Shown piece after piece: positions 1 through 13,869 of a stretch of 64,000 bases of DNA (position 1 is its first letter; each line of letters opens with the position of its first letter). The stretch covers positions 32,302,001 through 32,366,000 of the forward strand of contig CM060732.1 of the NCBI GenBank assembly GCA_030704615.1, in the 5' to 3' direction. Made by a program: the position numbers and the translations under genes. The notes below the pieces were generated by a model. The model saw only the letters and a list, made by a program, of their open reading frames with translations. It had not been told where the DNA came from and did no database searches. Origin of the DNA: Takakia lepidozioides. Lineage: Eukaryota > Plantae > Bryophyta.

Positions 1-2261
1 TTCAGTTTAAATAAATCTCCAGCAGCTCTACATTTGAGGGGACCGTGGTTTCTCTCTTTAAAACGGAAGGCTGCAGCATAGAGGCCATAGAGGTTATGTG
101 AACTTCAGAAGGGAGCATTACCTGGACTGATATTCTGATTACTGCTGTCTGTAAAGAAGCGAGTGTTATGTGGCTTTTGTGCCACTATTAATGTTATAGC
201 AGGGCGGTAACCAGACTGCAGACTCTCGCATGCCTGCATTTGTGCATGCCAGTTTTGATCCATAAGAGTTAAAAAAGTCCTGATGAATTTGGAAACATCC
301 TCTGTCAAGCACTAAGTGATAGAGATGCTTGCCTTGACAAATGCAGTCACCTCCAAGTCGAGAATTTGCTGAAATTGTGAGTTGCTCACCCCACCCCTGC
401 ACAGCAAACCAAGGTGTTAGGTCGAGAACCTGAAAACGATTGGCTTCAGGGAACTCAAGACTTGCAGGATATGTACATGTTCAGTGTGAGCACATTGGAG
501 AAGGCATTGAGCAGTATATTTTCAGCAAATGCAATATTGGGAAAGCCTTCAGGAGCTAAAGGGCATTGCCAGCTTTCAAGATCAGGAGATGTCATCGTTG
601 CATTTGTTAACCCAGCTACTCCATGGAACAAGAGAAGGTGTCCATGGCCACATTATCAAATAGGGGTTGTGCAGTAAAATGTGTGTGTGCAGAACACCAG
701 GCTCCACATTATGCTTTCTAAGCTTACTGCAATGTTGGTGTAGTTGATATATGCATGCATGCACAAGTAAATTCTGAAGTACGGATTGAGATGATAGCAG
801 GATGCTCAAATGATTCGAGCAAGTAAGCCAGAAGTCTGAGCTCTACATACCTGTATATTATGATCTGTTGTGGTAACGCGCTCTTGTGCGGATATTGGCA
901 CGTGTTTTTGAATTCAGTGAGCAAATGCCTAGATCTCACATATACCCACATACTGACAACTGTAAGAAAACACACTCGTCTAAAAGATGCCCGGCCCTGA
1001 TCAATAACAACAACCACACATGACTACAAGTTGATTACAAGTACATTAGCATCGAGAAACCATCACGACGGGCCATGTTCAAATTGAAGCTCTTTTAGTG
1101 AAAAACTCCTTGAAGCCTCGAACACAACGTTACATTTTTAGCTTGCTCAAATTGCTAACTGGTGTTGGTCAAACACGAATAACTCAAGAATGATGAATCG
1201 AACTTGTTTGAGCGCAGTTTACAATCTTAGAACTTTTAATGATTTGTGAAGTTTCAGTTTCTGACCGGACCGTGCCAGCTGCTGCTTGTCCTTCAACGTC
1301 TTCGCACAGGCCTCGGACCAGCGGTTGTCGAGCTGTCTGTGTCCTCACTTGAACTGCAGACAGGCCAGCAAAGTGGGGCCAATTCTTTGTCGCCACCACC
1401 TGTACATACCCAACAATGCTGGCACAAATTTCTCAACTGCTCATAGTTTGCACCGACATAAGGTTGTAGATCTAAGATCATGCATAAAGTTTACCAATTT
1501 GAAGATGGCACTTGATTCAGCCTAAAGTGAGCGCGGTTTATCCACAGTGTGATGGAGACCACATCATGCATGGCTGCAGTCAATGAAGAGGCACTGCTTG
1601 TACAACTATAGGACTGTTCAGTTGATCAGTCATGAAGTTGTGTGCATTTCAAACACTCGCCATTACGGTGCGGGCCCATATTTTGAGTTTAGAGCACAGC
1701 ATATAACTTGCAAGCACTACTATGAGTGTGCATGCAAGCGTTAATTTGCAAGGATACGCTACTGCCATCACTGTTCACATTAAACCAGATACAAATTAGT
1801 CTGCAAGACACAATTTTGTGTTTACCGATCGATACATTGATCAAAGTCATCCATAGCTTACGGTTTAGAATGTTCCTTACAGCTGCAGCGGAAGGTGAGT
1901 CTGCATACGGACTGGGCTCCGAGACTTTCATTCCAAAGATGATGGTGGGGCCCCGGTCTCCCAAGAAGCGTGTCAGCTGGTGAGAGCTCAGTAAGGAGTT
2001 GTACCCACCCAGCTGTCATTCCAGAACAAAAACGTTATCACGTCATGCAGTCCGAGGGAAGGCCTGGAAATTGCGACATATAAGCGCTTACACAGCACCG
2101 CACTATAAATTATAGGGACACTGAACTTGCCCTACCGCCCAGCATCGTTTCTCTAGATGTGCTTCCGTGAGGAAGAGCAATAAAGAGTCCGAGCGCACCT
2201 GCAGGTCTGCACATGTTTCTATCACCTCTCCACTTGGAACTGAAAATAATCTTTATAAAGC

Positions 2262-2289
2262 ACCATTTCATTTCATTTCATTTCATTTC
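2262..2289. repeat. (CATTT)n pentanucleotide microsatellite in an AGO intron
   Basis: About five tandem CATTT units read directly. Confidence 0.8.
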
Positions 2290-3396
2290 CCTCCTTCTCC
2301 CGGGGAGAAATCATGAAGATGTTTAGAATGCTGTGAGGGGGCGCTGCTTAAGAACCTTGTCTAACGAGCTGCATTTAATTAATGTTGTAACACCATGGAG
2401 GACACTCTCTTTATCGACTTCTAGATTGACTCGTACCGAAGCAAGCGTCTCGGCAAGCGTACATTCTTCACCCACCGAATGAGGCTACTGCCTTTCGTTC
2501 GGAAGGTGGACACCTACGTCGTCCTCATTAAACATTATCGGTGACTTGTTCTATTCAAGATTTCGTGGTCGCCCTCACAGTCAGATGGACACTAGAGGAT
2601 GGACACCTGTAGATTGATTCAAGTATTGTACAGACATGCACGAGGAATTTTCTGGAATTTTACCTTCAGATTGATCTTCAGGGCAAGGTTTGCCAGTTGA
2701 TGATCCAAGTTTTTCCCTTTGACCATGCACTGTGACACGACTCCGAGCTCCTCTTCGCAAGTGCGCTTGAAAGGGACTGTCGAGCCAGGCCACATGTATA
2801 TTGGCGGCACAGAAGATTCACGTACAAGACATTAATTTATTCAAATACAAGATTCATAAAAGGAATGGGTCCGTCTCTAGAAGATCATCTGAACAAGCTG
2901 CAACTCTTTTGCTTCAGCAAGTATGTTAGGTCTAGATACCCTCCAGGTAAACCAAGGGAGGCTGGAAAATATCGAAGTAGCAATTTTGGTGATAGGTGTC
3001 TAAACACACCATAGAGTTCGGAGGACTTTTTGGGAAGAATCGTCAATATGAAATTGGGTGTGGGTTTGCACATCCGCTCGAACATTGTTTCCACTTGTTT
3101 CTTAGGGGACCAATCGTATTCTCCACTATCTAGCTCCAAGGAAACTTCTGGTTCAGCCTCCATTGTCTGTTCAATTCGGGGATCACTCTTAGTCACGACT
3201 TGGTTAGACAACAGTTGTCGATCGACTTGGTTAGGATCTGTGAGGTAAACTTTGGAACCTGGACATGAATTATCCATCCTTTTTCTATGCGAGTGCAATC
3301 TAGTCAGGACTGACAAAATGATCGAAACGTGTAAAGAAGGAATGTGAAGCCAGCAATGCTAAGTTCTCTAACCACTCGAAACTGTCTAGTGCTACT

Positions 3397-5842
3397 CCCA
3401 GTCACCGTGAACGCTCTAAGTGACTTAGGAGAACGTCGTTTCTGACGTTCCTGGTGTAAAAAAAAAGAAACGTAAGGAAAACGTTTAGGGGTGCATGATA
3501 AGTTTTCATCCAAAATTTGAATGGATGAAAAATCGGGCAACAAACCCTAGAGCCCTGCCAGAGCAGATTCTTTCGAAATCAGACAACTACTCAGCCTGCG
3601 ACGAGAGAGAGCGCGTTGCGGGAGGCAGATTCATGCTGGTGGGTGAGGAAAAACACAAGCGAGGTAGCTGTTGAGTGGCGTGGAATCATTACTGGGTGGC
3701 AGCAAGCAACATTCAGCTCAGTCCCACTTGTCAGGAAAGCATGTCTTCTCTAAACACCTGCACTAGTTCGGACAGCAATGTTGCATCCTCTTTTAGGAAG
3801 AGAGCACCAAAATTTCCTCCAAGCCCTGCACTTGAATGGTCATTGGTTGACTGTATCAATGCTCTAGTCCAGCATGGAAAATGCTGGGAAGTCAAGTGCA
3901 AACATTGTGGAAAAGAATTCAAGGCAGGGTCTGTTGGTCGTGTTAGAGAGCATTATTTTGGAGGAGGGAACATTGAGGTGTGCACCAGTGTCAGTGAGGA
4001 GATTTTAGCACCTGTGAGGGTAGTTGTGGACAAAATGAACCTAGAGAGAGCAACTACCAAGAGAAAAGTAGAGGAGAGAGCCTCCCTGTCACGTAAGAAA
4101 TCATTGAGTGCTTCACAACCTACATTGGCTGCATCTTGGCAAGCTACAAAGATGCGACAACAAGATGTAGACCAAACTGTCGCACGTTTCTATTACTCAT
4201 GTGGGGTTCCTTTCAACTATGCAAGGACCCCATATTTTCAGAATATGATATCAGCCATTTCGAACTATGGGGCAGGTTATAAAGCACCTGGTTCAGAGCA
4301 GTTGCGCACCACTTTGTTGCAGGATGTCAAAAAAGAGTTGAACAAAGACTTACAGCCCATCATAGAGTCTTGGAACAAAACCGTATGCACATTGACTTGT
4401 GATGGGTGGTCTAATACCACCAATAGACCTCTAATTAATGCACTGTGTGTATCACCCAAAGGAGAGTTTTTCAAGAAGGCTATTGATACGAGTGGACAAG
4501 AAAAAACAATTGATAGATGTCATGGAGGAGATAGGTATACAAAATGTTGTTCAGGTTGTCACAGACAATGCAGCTGTCTGCAAGAGAGCCGGGAGACTCA
4601 TAGAAGAGAAGTACCGTCACGTTACATTTTCAGGATGTACTGCACATTGCCTTGATTTGTGTCTCGAGGACATTGGCAACTTAGAGTGGGTTTCTTCATT
4701 TGTCAAAGAAGGAAAGTCTGTGGTGAAGTTTATCACAAATCATCACCGTAGTCAAGCTCTTTTTCGGGAGTATTCTTTGAGAGACAAAGGACTGGAGCTC
4801 CTCAAACCAGGAGAGTCACAATTTGGGACATCTTTCATCATGCTTGAACGATTGTTGAAGGTGAAAACACCACTTCAACAAATGATTGTTAGTAGGGAAT
4901 GGCACAATTGGGACCAGTCACGCAGCTCGGAGGGGGAAACAATTGCTGATAACCTACTGGCTCCTAGATTCTGGAAGAACTTGGAGCTCATTGTTGAGAT
5001 TTCAGAGCCCATCTTCACCTTGTTGCGCATGGTTGATTCTAACATGCCAACAATGGGAAAATTTTATGAGAAAATGGATCAGCTCATTGAAAAAGTGCAT
5101 AGCTTATCCGGGCTGTCAACAGAGAAGAAGGAACAAGTTGTGGACATTTTGCAGGACAGATGGTTATTTATCCACAGTCCACTGCATTGTGCCGGATTTG
5201 TTTTAGACCCCGAGTGGAGAGGAAAGGGTCAAGCGGGAGACAAGGAGGTTATGAAAGGGTTTCGTATAATCCGGGACAAATTCTATCCTGATGTTCAAAG
5301 TCGGTTCTAGTGGAGAAGCAACTATCTACATTTCGTAACATGGAAGGATTGTTTTCTGATCCCGCTACATCATTGGTGGCCAAAGAAGTTGCAGGTCATA
5401 TTTGGTGGGAGTCTTATGGGGCTGAAACTCCAGAGCTTCAGAAGATTGCTATTAGAGTTCTTGCTCAAATTACTTCAGCATCTTCATGTGAAAGAAACTG
5501 GAGTACATTTGAGTACATTCATTCTAAAAAGCGCAATCGTTTGACTTCTTCTAAAGCAACTGATCTTGTATATGTTTTTAGCAACATTCGATTGCGAGAT
5601 AAAGTTTTTGACCCTGACTATAAAGAGGAGTTTCTAGACTGGTCAGAGAGTGAGGATAGCGAGGAAGAGATTTGAGCTATGTATGTAGCATTATGTGTGC
5701 TCATACTGTGATGAATAAAATTCGTTCGTTGCTCATGCCGTTTTTTGTTACGTTTTCCAATTTCCTCTTCTTTGAGAACTCCCGTTTTTTACGTTTGCAA
5801 GGATTGTTTTTGTGAACTCGTTTTCTGTTTGCGGTGACTATG
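3397..5842 (+). mobile_element. hAT DNA transposon inserted in an AGO intron
   Basis: Perfect 8-bp TSD GTGCTACT at 3389-3396 and 5843-5850; imperfect 16-bp TIRs (CCCAGTCACCGTGAAC vs CATAGTCACCGCAAAC, 12/16); Ac-like AAACG/CGTTT subterminal clusters at both ends. Confidence 0.95.
3741..5675 (+). pseudogene. hAT transposase (BED finger, DUF659-type catalytic region, C-terminal dimerisation domain), two frameshifts
   Basis: VKCKHCGKEF..REH (BED), TLTCDGWSN, CTAHCLDL, WWESYGAETPELQKIAIRVL..SASSCERNWSTF..IHSKKRNRL; split over ORFs 3675-4655, 4438-5310 and 5310-5675 (frame changes near 4505 and 5308). Confidence 0.93.
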
Positions 5843-8800
5843 GTGCTACTAGACTATTGAAAACCCGATCGATATGGCACTTCGAACATTTTTAAAACCG
5901 ATGATTCCATTCTTCCTCCTTCTAGGAATCCTACAATCACCGCCACGGTGGTCTGAAGTACATGTCTCACTTGAGGTGGACGTGCATGTACAGCTCCGAG
6001 GAAAAGTATGACCACCTGGAAGAGGCCTGCCATATGCACGGTCTCTCAATAGGATGTAGTACAGTCTAAGGCAACGGCCAACCATATTGCACAGGAAAGT
6101 TGACACTGAACACACCATTCCTCGTTTATTGCATAGTTCTGACAGCGCTTTCGCAATTTTTCTCGAGGATACATCGCCACAGTTTCTGCTCAACCATGAC
6201 TGATCAAAATTCATCACAGCCCAGGTCGAATTTTTTTTTCCTGTGAGCATCGCCTGTTTCACATCTCTAACCCCCGCAAAACATCAGAGCTGTAGTACGC
6301 ATGCACGGCTAACAGACTGGAGCTTATCTATACTGCTCCAGGATTGGATACGAGTTGGCCGATACGCAAATGACTTCCAAAGAAGAATGAACATTCAGCA
6401 TTGAATTAGTAGCATACAGTAATTCTAGTAATGTTCAGCAGATCAGAGAACTAGTTTAAAAGTGAATACTGGCATGGGGTTGAGAGACCTTGTCACTGAA
6501 ACCCCATCTCCCTACTGTGGGTAGCTCCATCCTTCCACTTGCAAACGTAAGCTGCAGAGACAGACCCATTCGATGTACAAACAATATGCTTAGGTCACCC
6601 ATGTTAGCTCCAAAAAATTGGCAGGCACGTGCATTAAACACGTACTGTCAAACTTGCAGGCGAACCCTTTCAAGATACGACCAGTGCCATTGTTCTAACC
6701 ACGGAAATTACACTGTATTATTCTAGTACTGGACATGACAGTCGAGGACAAGATGATACTCTTATTTGGCTTCAAGCATTCGACCTGCTCAAGGCACCCT
6801 TTAATTTATGTACTAAGAACGGAGGCTTGAAGTATCAAGAAGCAAGCATGTACCATACTCCTCTCCTCATAAGTAAATGGTGTACAATCTATACTTGTAA
6901 TAGCTCCTTCGTACGACCTAGATAGTTATGTACAAGTCCTTGGCCCGGAAAAGTCAATTCTTACACTGGGAGGATCCAAAATGCGCCCAGTCACTCTGGC
7001 CGGGCTTGGACTAAACTGAATACCAAACGCCTTCATGAATTCGTCAGATTTGTCATCGCTCGTAGCCATGGCCTGTGAGAATACACCATTGGTGATCATC
7101 TAGATCACGTCCGTTCCATACGTGAAGCAGTATATTCTTCTTTGAACATCGAGCTGTATTTTTCTACCGTGTCCCTTGGAAGGTACTATCCTCTGCTTTT
7201 TGTTGAGTTGGAGATGTGAATTTGGTCTAGGTATAGACCTTAGAACTAATAGTTTCTAGCTGGGCATCCGGTAGTTCAGTCAGCTCTCTTCGATGGGTCT
7301 ATGCTGGACAAGCTTCCGGTAAGAACAGCTTAACATTGGATCTATCTCATGTATTGCCCTGGGGCGCTTTTAGAGTTTCATGTAGAACCTAAGACTTATG
7401 TAAGATCCTCTGGCCTCCTTCAGGGGACATCATCTACTTCCCTTGAATCGATGTTCAATATTAATTGCTGACTTAAACATGAGCACAATGCGCCAATTCT
7501 ACGGCCTTAAAGATAATAGGAGAGAGTCCGAGCACACACAGTTGCAAATTCGCACAGCTCCTTCCGCTCTCCAGGTGATACGTCTTAGGAAAGACTACAG
7601 CTGCTCGTGCGTACGAAGACATTGCGCCCACATATACTGCCGGGAGCCGGGCATGATGCAGGCGATATTTGTACTTCCAATAGTACTTGGCCAGAGAACG
7701 CTCTTCAATCGTGACATTGCCCTGGTCATCTTTCACCTTCTTCAAAAACCTGGAACTCCAATTTCTGGGTCAATTGCGGCAACTATAATATCCCCACCCA
7801 CAAATTATCCTTATATAACGACAGCATTGGAAGGGAGATTATGTAATATAACATTTTTCACTGACCAGTGTCTACCTTAATGCGCCAAAAGGCTTGGAAC
7901 TCAGAGTTGCGATTCTGTGGATGCCATCCCTATATGTTGCGTCTCCACCCGTGTGCTTTCCAGCCACCTCCGTGCCTGCAAATTAGTCTTACTGAGGTCT
8001 TAGACATTAGAGCACTAGTCTGTCCATATGAGTATTAATCGACATGCAGCCTCCGTCCAATACGCGAACTGTAGCTTCACCCCACTACCTACATGGACTG
8101 CGCCTCTTGTTATCAATTGATAAGGAATCTTAAAAAGTGGTTGGTCAATATACTGAGAAGGTGCCTCGACTTGTCGGAAGAGAAAATTTCTAGGTAGAGA
8201 ATCAAGGAGCTACAGTTCTCCTGTTGCAAGTCTGAGCTAGAATATATAAAACCTACGTCCTGGGCACTAAGGCCATCATGGGTACTGAAAGGACGGCTGA
8301 TCTAAGTTACCTTCTGCCAGTCGTCTTCGCTCAAATATCGTTCAAGTCCCTCTCCAGAGCTCTCCAAGCGGAATTTCTCCTTTAAAAGCTCCTCAATTGG
8401 CAGGGGCTTAATGCATGTTGTGGTGGTGAAATCTGTTCCCATCAGACCGATGAGCAAATCAGAGATGTAAAGTGCTTGAATGCAGGAATGCATCAAGTAA
8501 AAGATAAAATAAAGTCCATGATACATGTATCTCTAGCTGCTAAACTCAAATGGGGGTTCCAAGTGTTAACTTTGATATACTTTGCCTTTGAACAAGACAA
8601 GGTGCATTTCAGTATCTGGGTGATCGCAGCGCACTTAACTAAAACGATTTTATATATGTACACAATTGAGAGTGAACAAGTTGATTCGGGGTTGATTCCT
8701 GATCACGTCTGGTTAACAATATATAAGCAATGCTAATTGAAGTTATTTCTCGTCTGGTAAGTGTTTCATACCTAGATCTTGGTCCACAGGCCATAAGTGT

Positions 8801-11800
8801 TAGGTGCCAGGAACGAAGGTCGACCTGTCAACCGGTTCGGAACAACATACTGCTAGAATATCGCCGAAGTGACAGTTGCAGGTTAAATGGAGCATGCTCG
8901 CGTGCATGAAGATGATCCAGGACTAGGGATTTTTGATGGGTGAGGACAGGGCAGGATGGGAGAAGTAGAGATGATGGTGTACAGGCGCTTTGAGCAGATC
9001 TGCATGGGCAGGAAATCTGCACGGCGTGGTGGCTGGGTGGACCGGATGCTGTAACCGGTGCTGTGCTTATAGAGTTGTACCTAGGTTGATGTTGGAATAG
9101 ACGTCACTGGACTGGAGTGATCTCTGTTACGATCTGAGTCAAAGAGTTGTGACTGGAATAAAAGAGGCTGGTTACATGAGGTCCATACTGTTGTTGATTC
9201 AAGCAAGCAGATTTCTTGGGATTTTGATAAATTCCCTGTGAATAGCAAGATAAACAAAGCGCCTGAAATTTGGTCATAACTTAGTTGGACTGAAGAGAGA
9301 AGAGTTAGATCCTTTTCAATAAGCCAATCATGTTTGGGTGTAGGAAGGTATACAGCTACAAATCTAGATGGTGAAGTCTTTAATATATATGTACATGATC
9401 GATTGATTCATTAGTCTACACGGTATTCCATATGATCTGCCTGTCCAGATTGGTACAATTGACTGAACAATCAATTCCGTTCATTGAGTGAAGAGCATGT
9501 TACCAAGATTGAGGCTGAGACCCATTTTAACGGGTTTGACAGTAAAATGAGAACTCGGCCATGCCTGCAGTCCCTCACCAAGGTCACCCGTAGGACCTAG
9601 AGATTGGTCAAAGAAGCCACGCCTTGCCTGCAGATAAACCCTGACATACATGGAGCATTTTTCCGATCCGGTTAACTTCTAGCCCTTAAGGGAGTGGACA
9701 GTTTGACTGCGTTAGTTCTAGTACAACGGGCTATCATAGAACCCGTGTTGCAGTTATATCTAGTCTTATGCATGCACATGCAGGCCCACGTCTATAATTT
9801 CCCAAATTATGTTAGGAGGAATGTGTGATATTTCTCTGACCCCTTAGATTATCGGGCTTAAGTGAAGTAGTGCACTAACTTTTTGTAATGTCCACGCAAC
9901 ACAACACAGTACTTAGCACACGATTCAAGGCGTCGACCTGCGCCTTCTCTGATAGAGGGCCAGACTGGTACTCACGCAGAAGAACCTTATCAATGATGCA
10001 TTCCTTGTTGATTTTGGCAACCAACTTAATCCGCACTACGAAGAATTTTCCGGGCTCACTGTCTGCCACCCTACTGGCGTCTCGTGAGGGGCCCGTCGGT
10101 TCTCTGTGCAAGCCAGCCAATGAGAAATCATGTCAATCCCGTTGGTAAAAGTTATGGTGCGGCAGGCGGTCAACAGTATTGTCACTGGCCTGCATGAATA
10201 TTGCAGGCTAGGGAGGAAAATCTTGCAGTCTAATCTGCTGGTTGGTGAGTACATATATGTAAGGTCGCATACCATGCTGAGCTACCTAGGACTGAATGAA
10301 AAGCAGACCTGTGCATTCTTGAACAGTATCTATATATATACAGAAATTAAAGAGACAATTAAAAAACCACAATCGTGCGTCTTCGAATCATACTGGTCTC
10401 CCAGTTGCTGATTTTTCTTAAGAACGTGTCCATGGATCATCAAGGCCGAGCTACTGGAGGGCCTGTCGGTCAACTCCCGGCTTCGAGCACTTACGTAAAA
10501 TCCACGTTCCACAAAAGAATGGACTGAGCACTGGGAGGTGAGTGGATGGTCTAACTGATGTCCAGTGCTCGTGACACTGTAGCTTTAAAGTCCTATCTAC
10601 AAATATCGATCGATAAGTTCAATTGTCAAAAACGCAGCAGGTCAGGTTCACACTTAACATACCTGAATGATGGGCCTCGCACTAGTTGACTTTCATGCAA
10701 GATAACATGATGTAATTTTTGGTCCTCAGAAACAAGAGGGTCCACATGTGAATAGAACATCTTCTCCGTCGTATGCATAGTTCTTGCAGGTCCCTTTGAA
10801 TTCGTCAGATGTATAAGTGGTGCATAACGTATTCACCAATTCCCTGCGAGACTTGTCCCACAACTCACGTTGAACACCTTGAATACTTGAAACCTCCTGC
10901 ATGCACATGGGAGGACGGTCCAATTCAGATTCTACGACTGTCCAGAGTCATCAGTCTTGCTCGAAATCTTGGAAGTCTGGTGACCCCCACAACACGCAGC
11001 GATACCGTGGAACATCCGAGTACACTCCGAGTACCGAATGTCCCTTTGTAACTGTGTAATGGGTGACATCAACCCACAGATCTACGTCGTCAAGGAGATC
11101 ACTTGTGCACAAGACCATGTGTCACTGGAAAATCCCTTGCTGGATGCACTCATATTTAGAGCAACATCAACTTGCAGTCTTAACTTTCTAGCGTTCTAGC
11201 AACATCAAAGCAAATGACATATCGGTAGACCATGAGGACATACAGACAAGTGCTCTGGTAATATATGGTATTGATAAACGTCGTGCTTCGGCGTCCATGT
11301 GACTGCAAAATAATTGCATTGGAGCTCTACTGGACGGCCGAGAATCCCAAATTCAGGTTTTGCGAACGGATTTGGATCGCTGGCACTGCCACATGACCGA
11401 CCACCCCTGCGCCTCAGCATTTGTGGATCTCCCGCAGCTGCAGCATTCCGGCCTGGGTCCGAAGTCGCCCCCCTTGTCTCTCCTGCATCACCCCTCCTTA
11501 CCGACTGGTCAGGACAAGCTCGCGCTATATAATTCAAGTTCAAGTTTCGTACGGGATAGACGATAGGCCAGGTAGTGAGTAATTCTTAGAAGCTTACAAA
11601 ACAATGTTCACAGTTTGATATATATTAGATCAGAGCAACAGCCTGCTTCACTCTGGACACAAGATTCGTACCTGACCTGATCTTCTTTGTGGGTGGTAAG
11701 ATTGATTCTTCGGGAGTCACGTCTCGAGCCATAAGAGCTCTCATCGCTCAAAAGTTGGTCGCCTTCCTACTGAATGCATGGCAGCACCACCCACTATATC

Positions 11801-11934
11801 CTCACATCCCCACTTGCGAAACGTACTCTTGAGCACTATGTCTTCATCTTCCCTGCCTATCGATCATCACAACAAGTGATTCTAACGTAACTGAACCCTC
11901 ACACTCATCTTTCCAAGTCATGATCTATCGGAGT

Positions 11935-12260
11935 CTATTTATAACTTGCACATACAAAGCAAATACTCTCCCTTGCTTTGCTGCTTGGTGACTTCTCAGT
12001 TGTGAGTTTTCTACTTTGAGACGCAATCGACCTCTCTTTTGCGAAAAGAACCGCACCAATACCAACATGCAAAGCATCGCAGATGGCTTCAAATGGCTCA
12101 CCTGAAATAGGTATAGCTAATGCACACACGCATAAGTTAAAGCAAACCCTGGATGCCTTCTCGCATTCATCAGTCCAAATAAACTTGACGTCAGGCTGTC
12201 GAGTCAAATTGATGAGAGGAGCAACTAAGGTAGAATGACCCTGAATGAAATACCAAGATC
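11935..12260 (-). mobile_element. Ty3/Gypsy RT-RNase H junction relic
   Basis: LVAPLINLTRQPDVKFIWTDECEKA...PFEAICDALHVGIGAVL...SQSRKLT resembles the gypsy connection/RNase H region; short and degenerate. Confidence 0.8.
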
Positions 12261-13869
12261 TTTATTGAATCTTAGACGATGCTTTCCCCACCTGTTTCAC
12301 ATTTGGTGGACAATTGCCCATTTTCATATCAGTTAGTTTGCATAGTACAACAGCTTGCAGCTCGACTCTTGCAACAGCTTCATTTGCTTTTGCAGTACGC
12401 CAGTCACTAGTCACAATCTCTCCACAAACTCTTTCGGTGTGGTCAACTGATCTCTAGGGCTACCTAAAGCAATGCTAACCGCACCTGGACCAGATAATCT
12501 GCTGGTAAACTTTTGACAGAATTGTACTATAAATCATTTCCGCTACTCAGTGTTCAGAAAACATGCATACTTGTCTCAAGCACAGAGATCACCTTGCCTG
12601 CAGCGATCGATTCGAAACAAAAGAGGATTCAACCCCTACCCGAGTTTGAACCGCCAGATGTATCCTACCTGTCTTCGCTCGGGCGTCTTTAGAAACTCTG
12701 CCATGGCGATTAGATAATTTGACAGAAGCATTTTGAACGACAGCCACAGAGTCGACAACCACACTGCGTAATGCAGCCTGTCTGGCTGCCTCGTCCTCAC
12801 GTCCTCCGAAGAGCTGCAGCTACCATCCACCCATACCTGATCTCCACTGCGCCTTCTCCAATTGGGTTTACCAGCAACCTCATTTCCATTCGGCTGTGGC
12901 TCATCAACGACCTACTGTCGACTGCGAAAGAAGAAGGTAGTAAAAGGGTAGAGTGAAAGCTAGAAACTGAGACTATCCCCTCTTTAACAAAAATTCTAGC
13001 ACTTGAGGCACTATGCACTCTGTAAATTGTTGTACATTCCTCTTCCTTCCTTTGATCCTAATCTCACAGTAATAAAAACATGTCCAATGCTTGCTGCAAT
13101 CTGTTTGCACTCCATGAGAACACCTCGGATCCCTGTCCATGGATCTCTCCAGGTGCAAAGAGAGCTACTGCAAAGCTAGAGCTCTCATGGCTTTGGAGTC
13201 TCACAAGTGGACAGTGTCATGCTGGGTGGGTCACAAAACACCCATCCTGTCCCACTTGGATCTTTTCTCTTGCATGCTGAACAATGCAAGGACATATCCG
13301 GGAGTCACACAGCAAGCATTGCTCGGCATACCTTAGAAGATGGCCACAAACTCTGAATCATGCAGGCAGTGAAACGGTGGGTTTCGCCGCAGAGTTTAGA
13401 TGTTTCTAAAGCACAGAAGCTTTGATCTATCCCCCTCCAAAGCCCCCCCGCTCAGTAGGCCGGGGAGTTCATAAGTGAAGTCCAACTGTAAAGGCGATGG
13501 TGTGGGTGCCCACCAGCACTGCCATCCAGTGCTCTTGTGGATAAACACACGGGCCGCCACATCACCTTGTCCCCACCGTTTTGATATTTTGCAAACTTAT
13601 AAGACTAACCGGAAAATTTTGACCAGATCTTCTATCATTGGAACATGGAACGCATCTTCTCTGTCGCGATTGACAGTCGATAATGTGAGCAGGTAAGAAA
13701 GAGGAGGTGAATCTGATCCAGTCTGGTCAGCAAGGAAGGAAATGCCCAGGACGTGAAGTGGAGACAACTTATTACACTTGTCTTCCCTCGCTGTTTTTCA
13801 TTGAGCCCATCTATTTTCCCTGGGACAATTTGTGCAATACGGTACCAGAGAGAGCAAGGGAGCAAGAGA

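Larger units (their letters stand above)
122..11530 (-). pseudogene. Argonaute (AGO4-like, divergent), multi-exon, disrupted; 3' end lies beyond the window start
   Basis: Collinear exon peptides: N domain KPEFGILGRPVELQCNYFAV (~11250-11360) and YAYDGEDVLFTCGP (~10740-10780); L1 DLGEGLQAW...MGLSLNL (~9500-9630); PAZ KYYWKYKYRLHHARLPAVYVG (~7620-7700); L2 FGIQFSPSPARVTGRILDPP (~6965-7040) and GRWGFSDK (~6490-6520); MID WAVMNF (~6210) and NFILTILPKKSSELYG (~3010-3060); PIWI LGVVSQC...LANLALKINLK (2665-2780), PTIIFGMKVS (~1920-1950), PQQIIIYR|GGVSNSQF (~851-875, 333-396), ITLIVAQKPHNTRFF (122-233). Frameshift near 7930 and stops near 7270-7375. Start codon not located. Confidence 0.9.
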
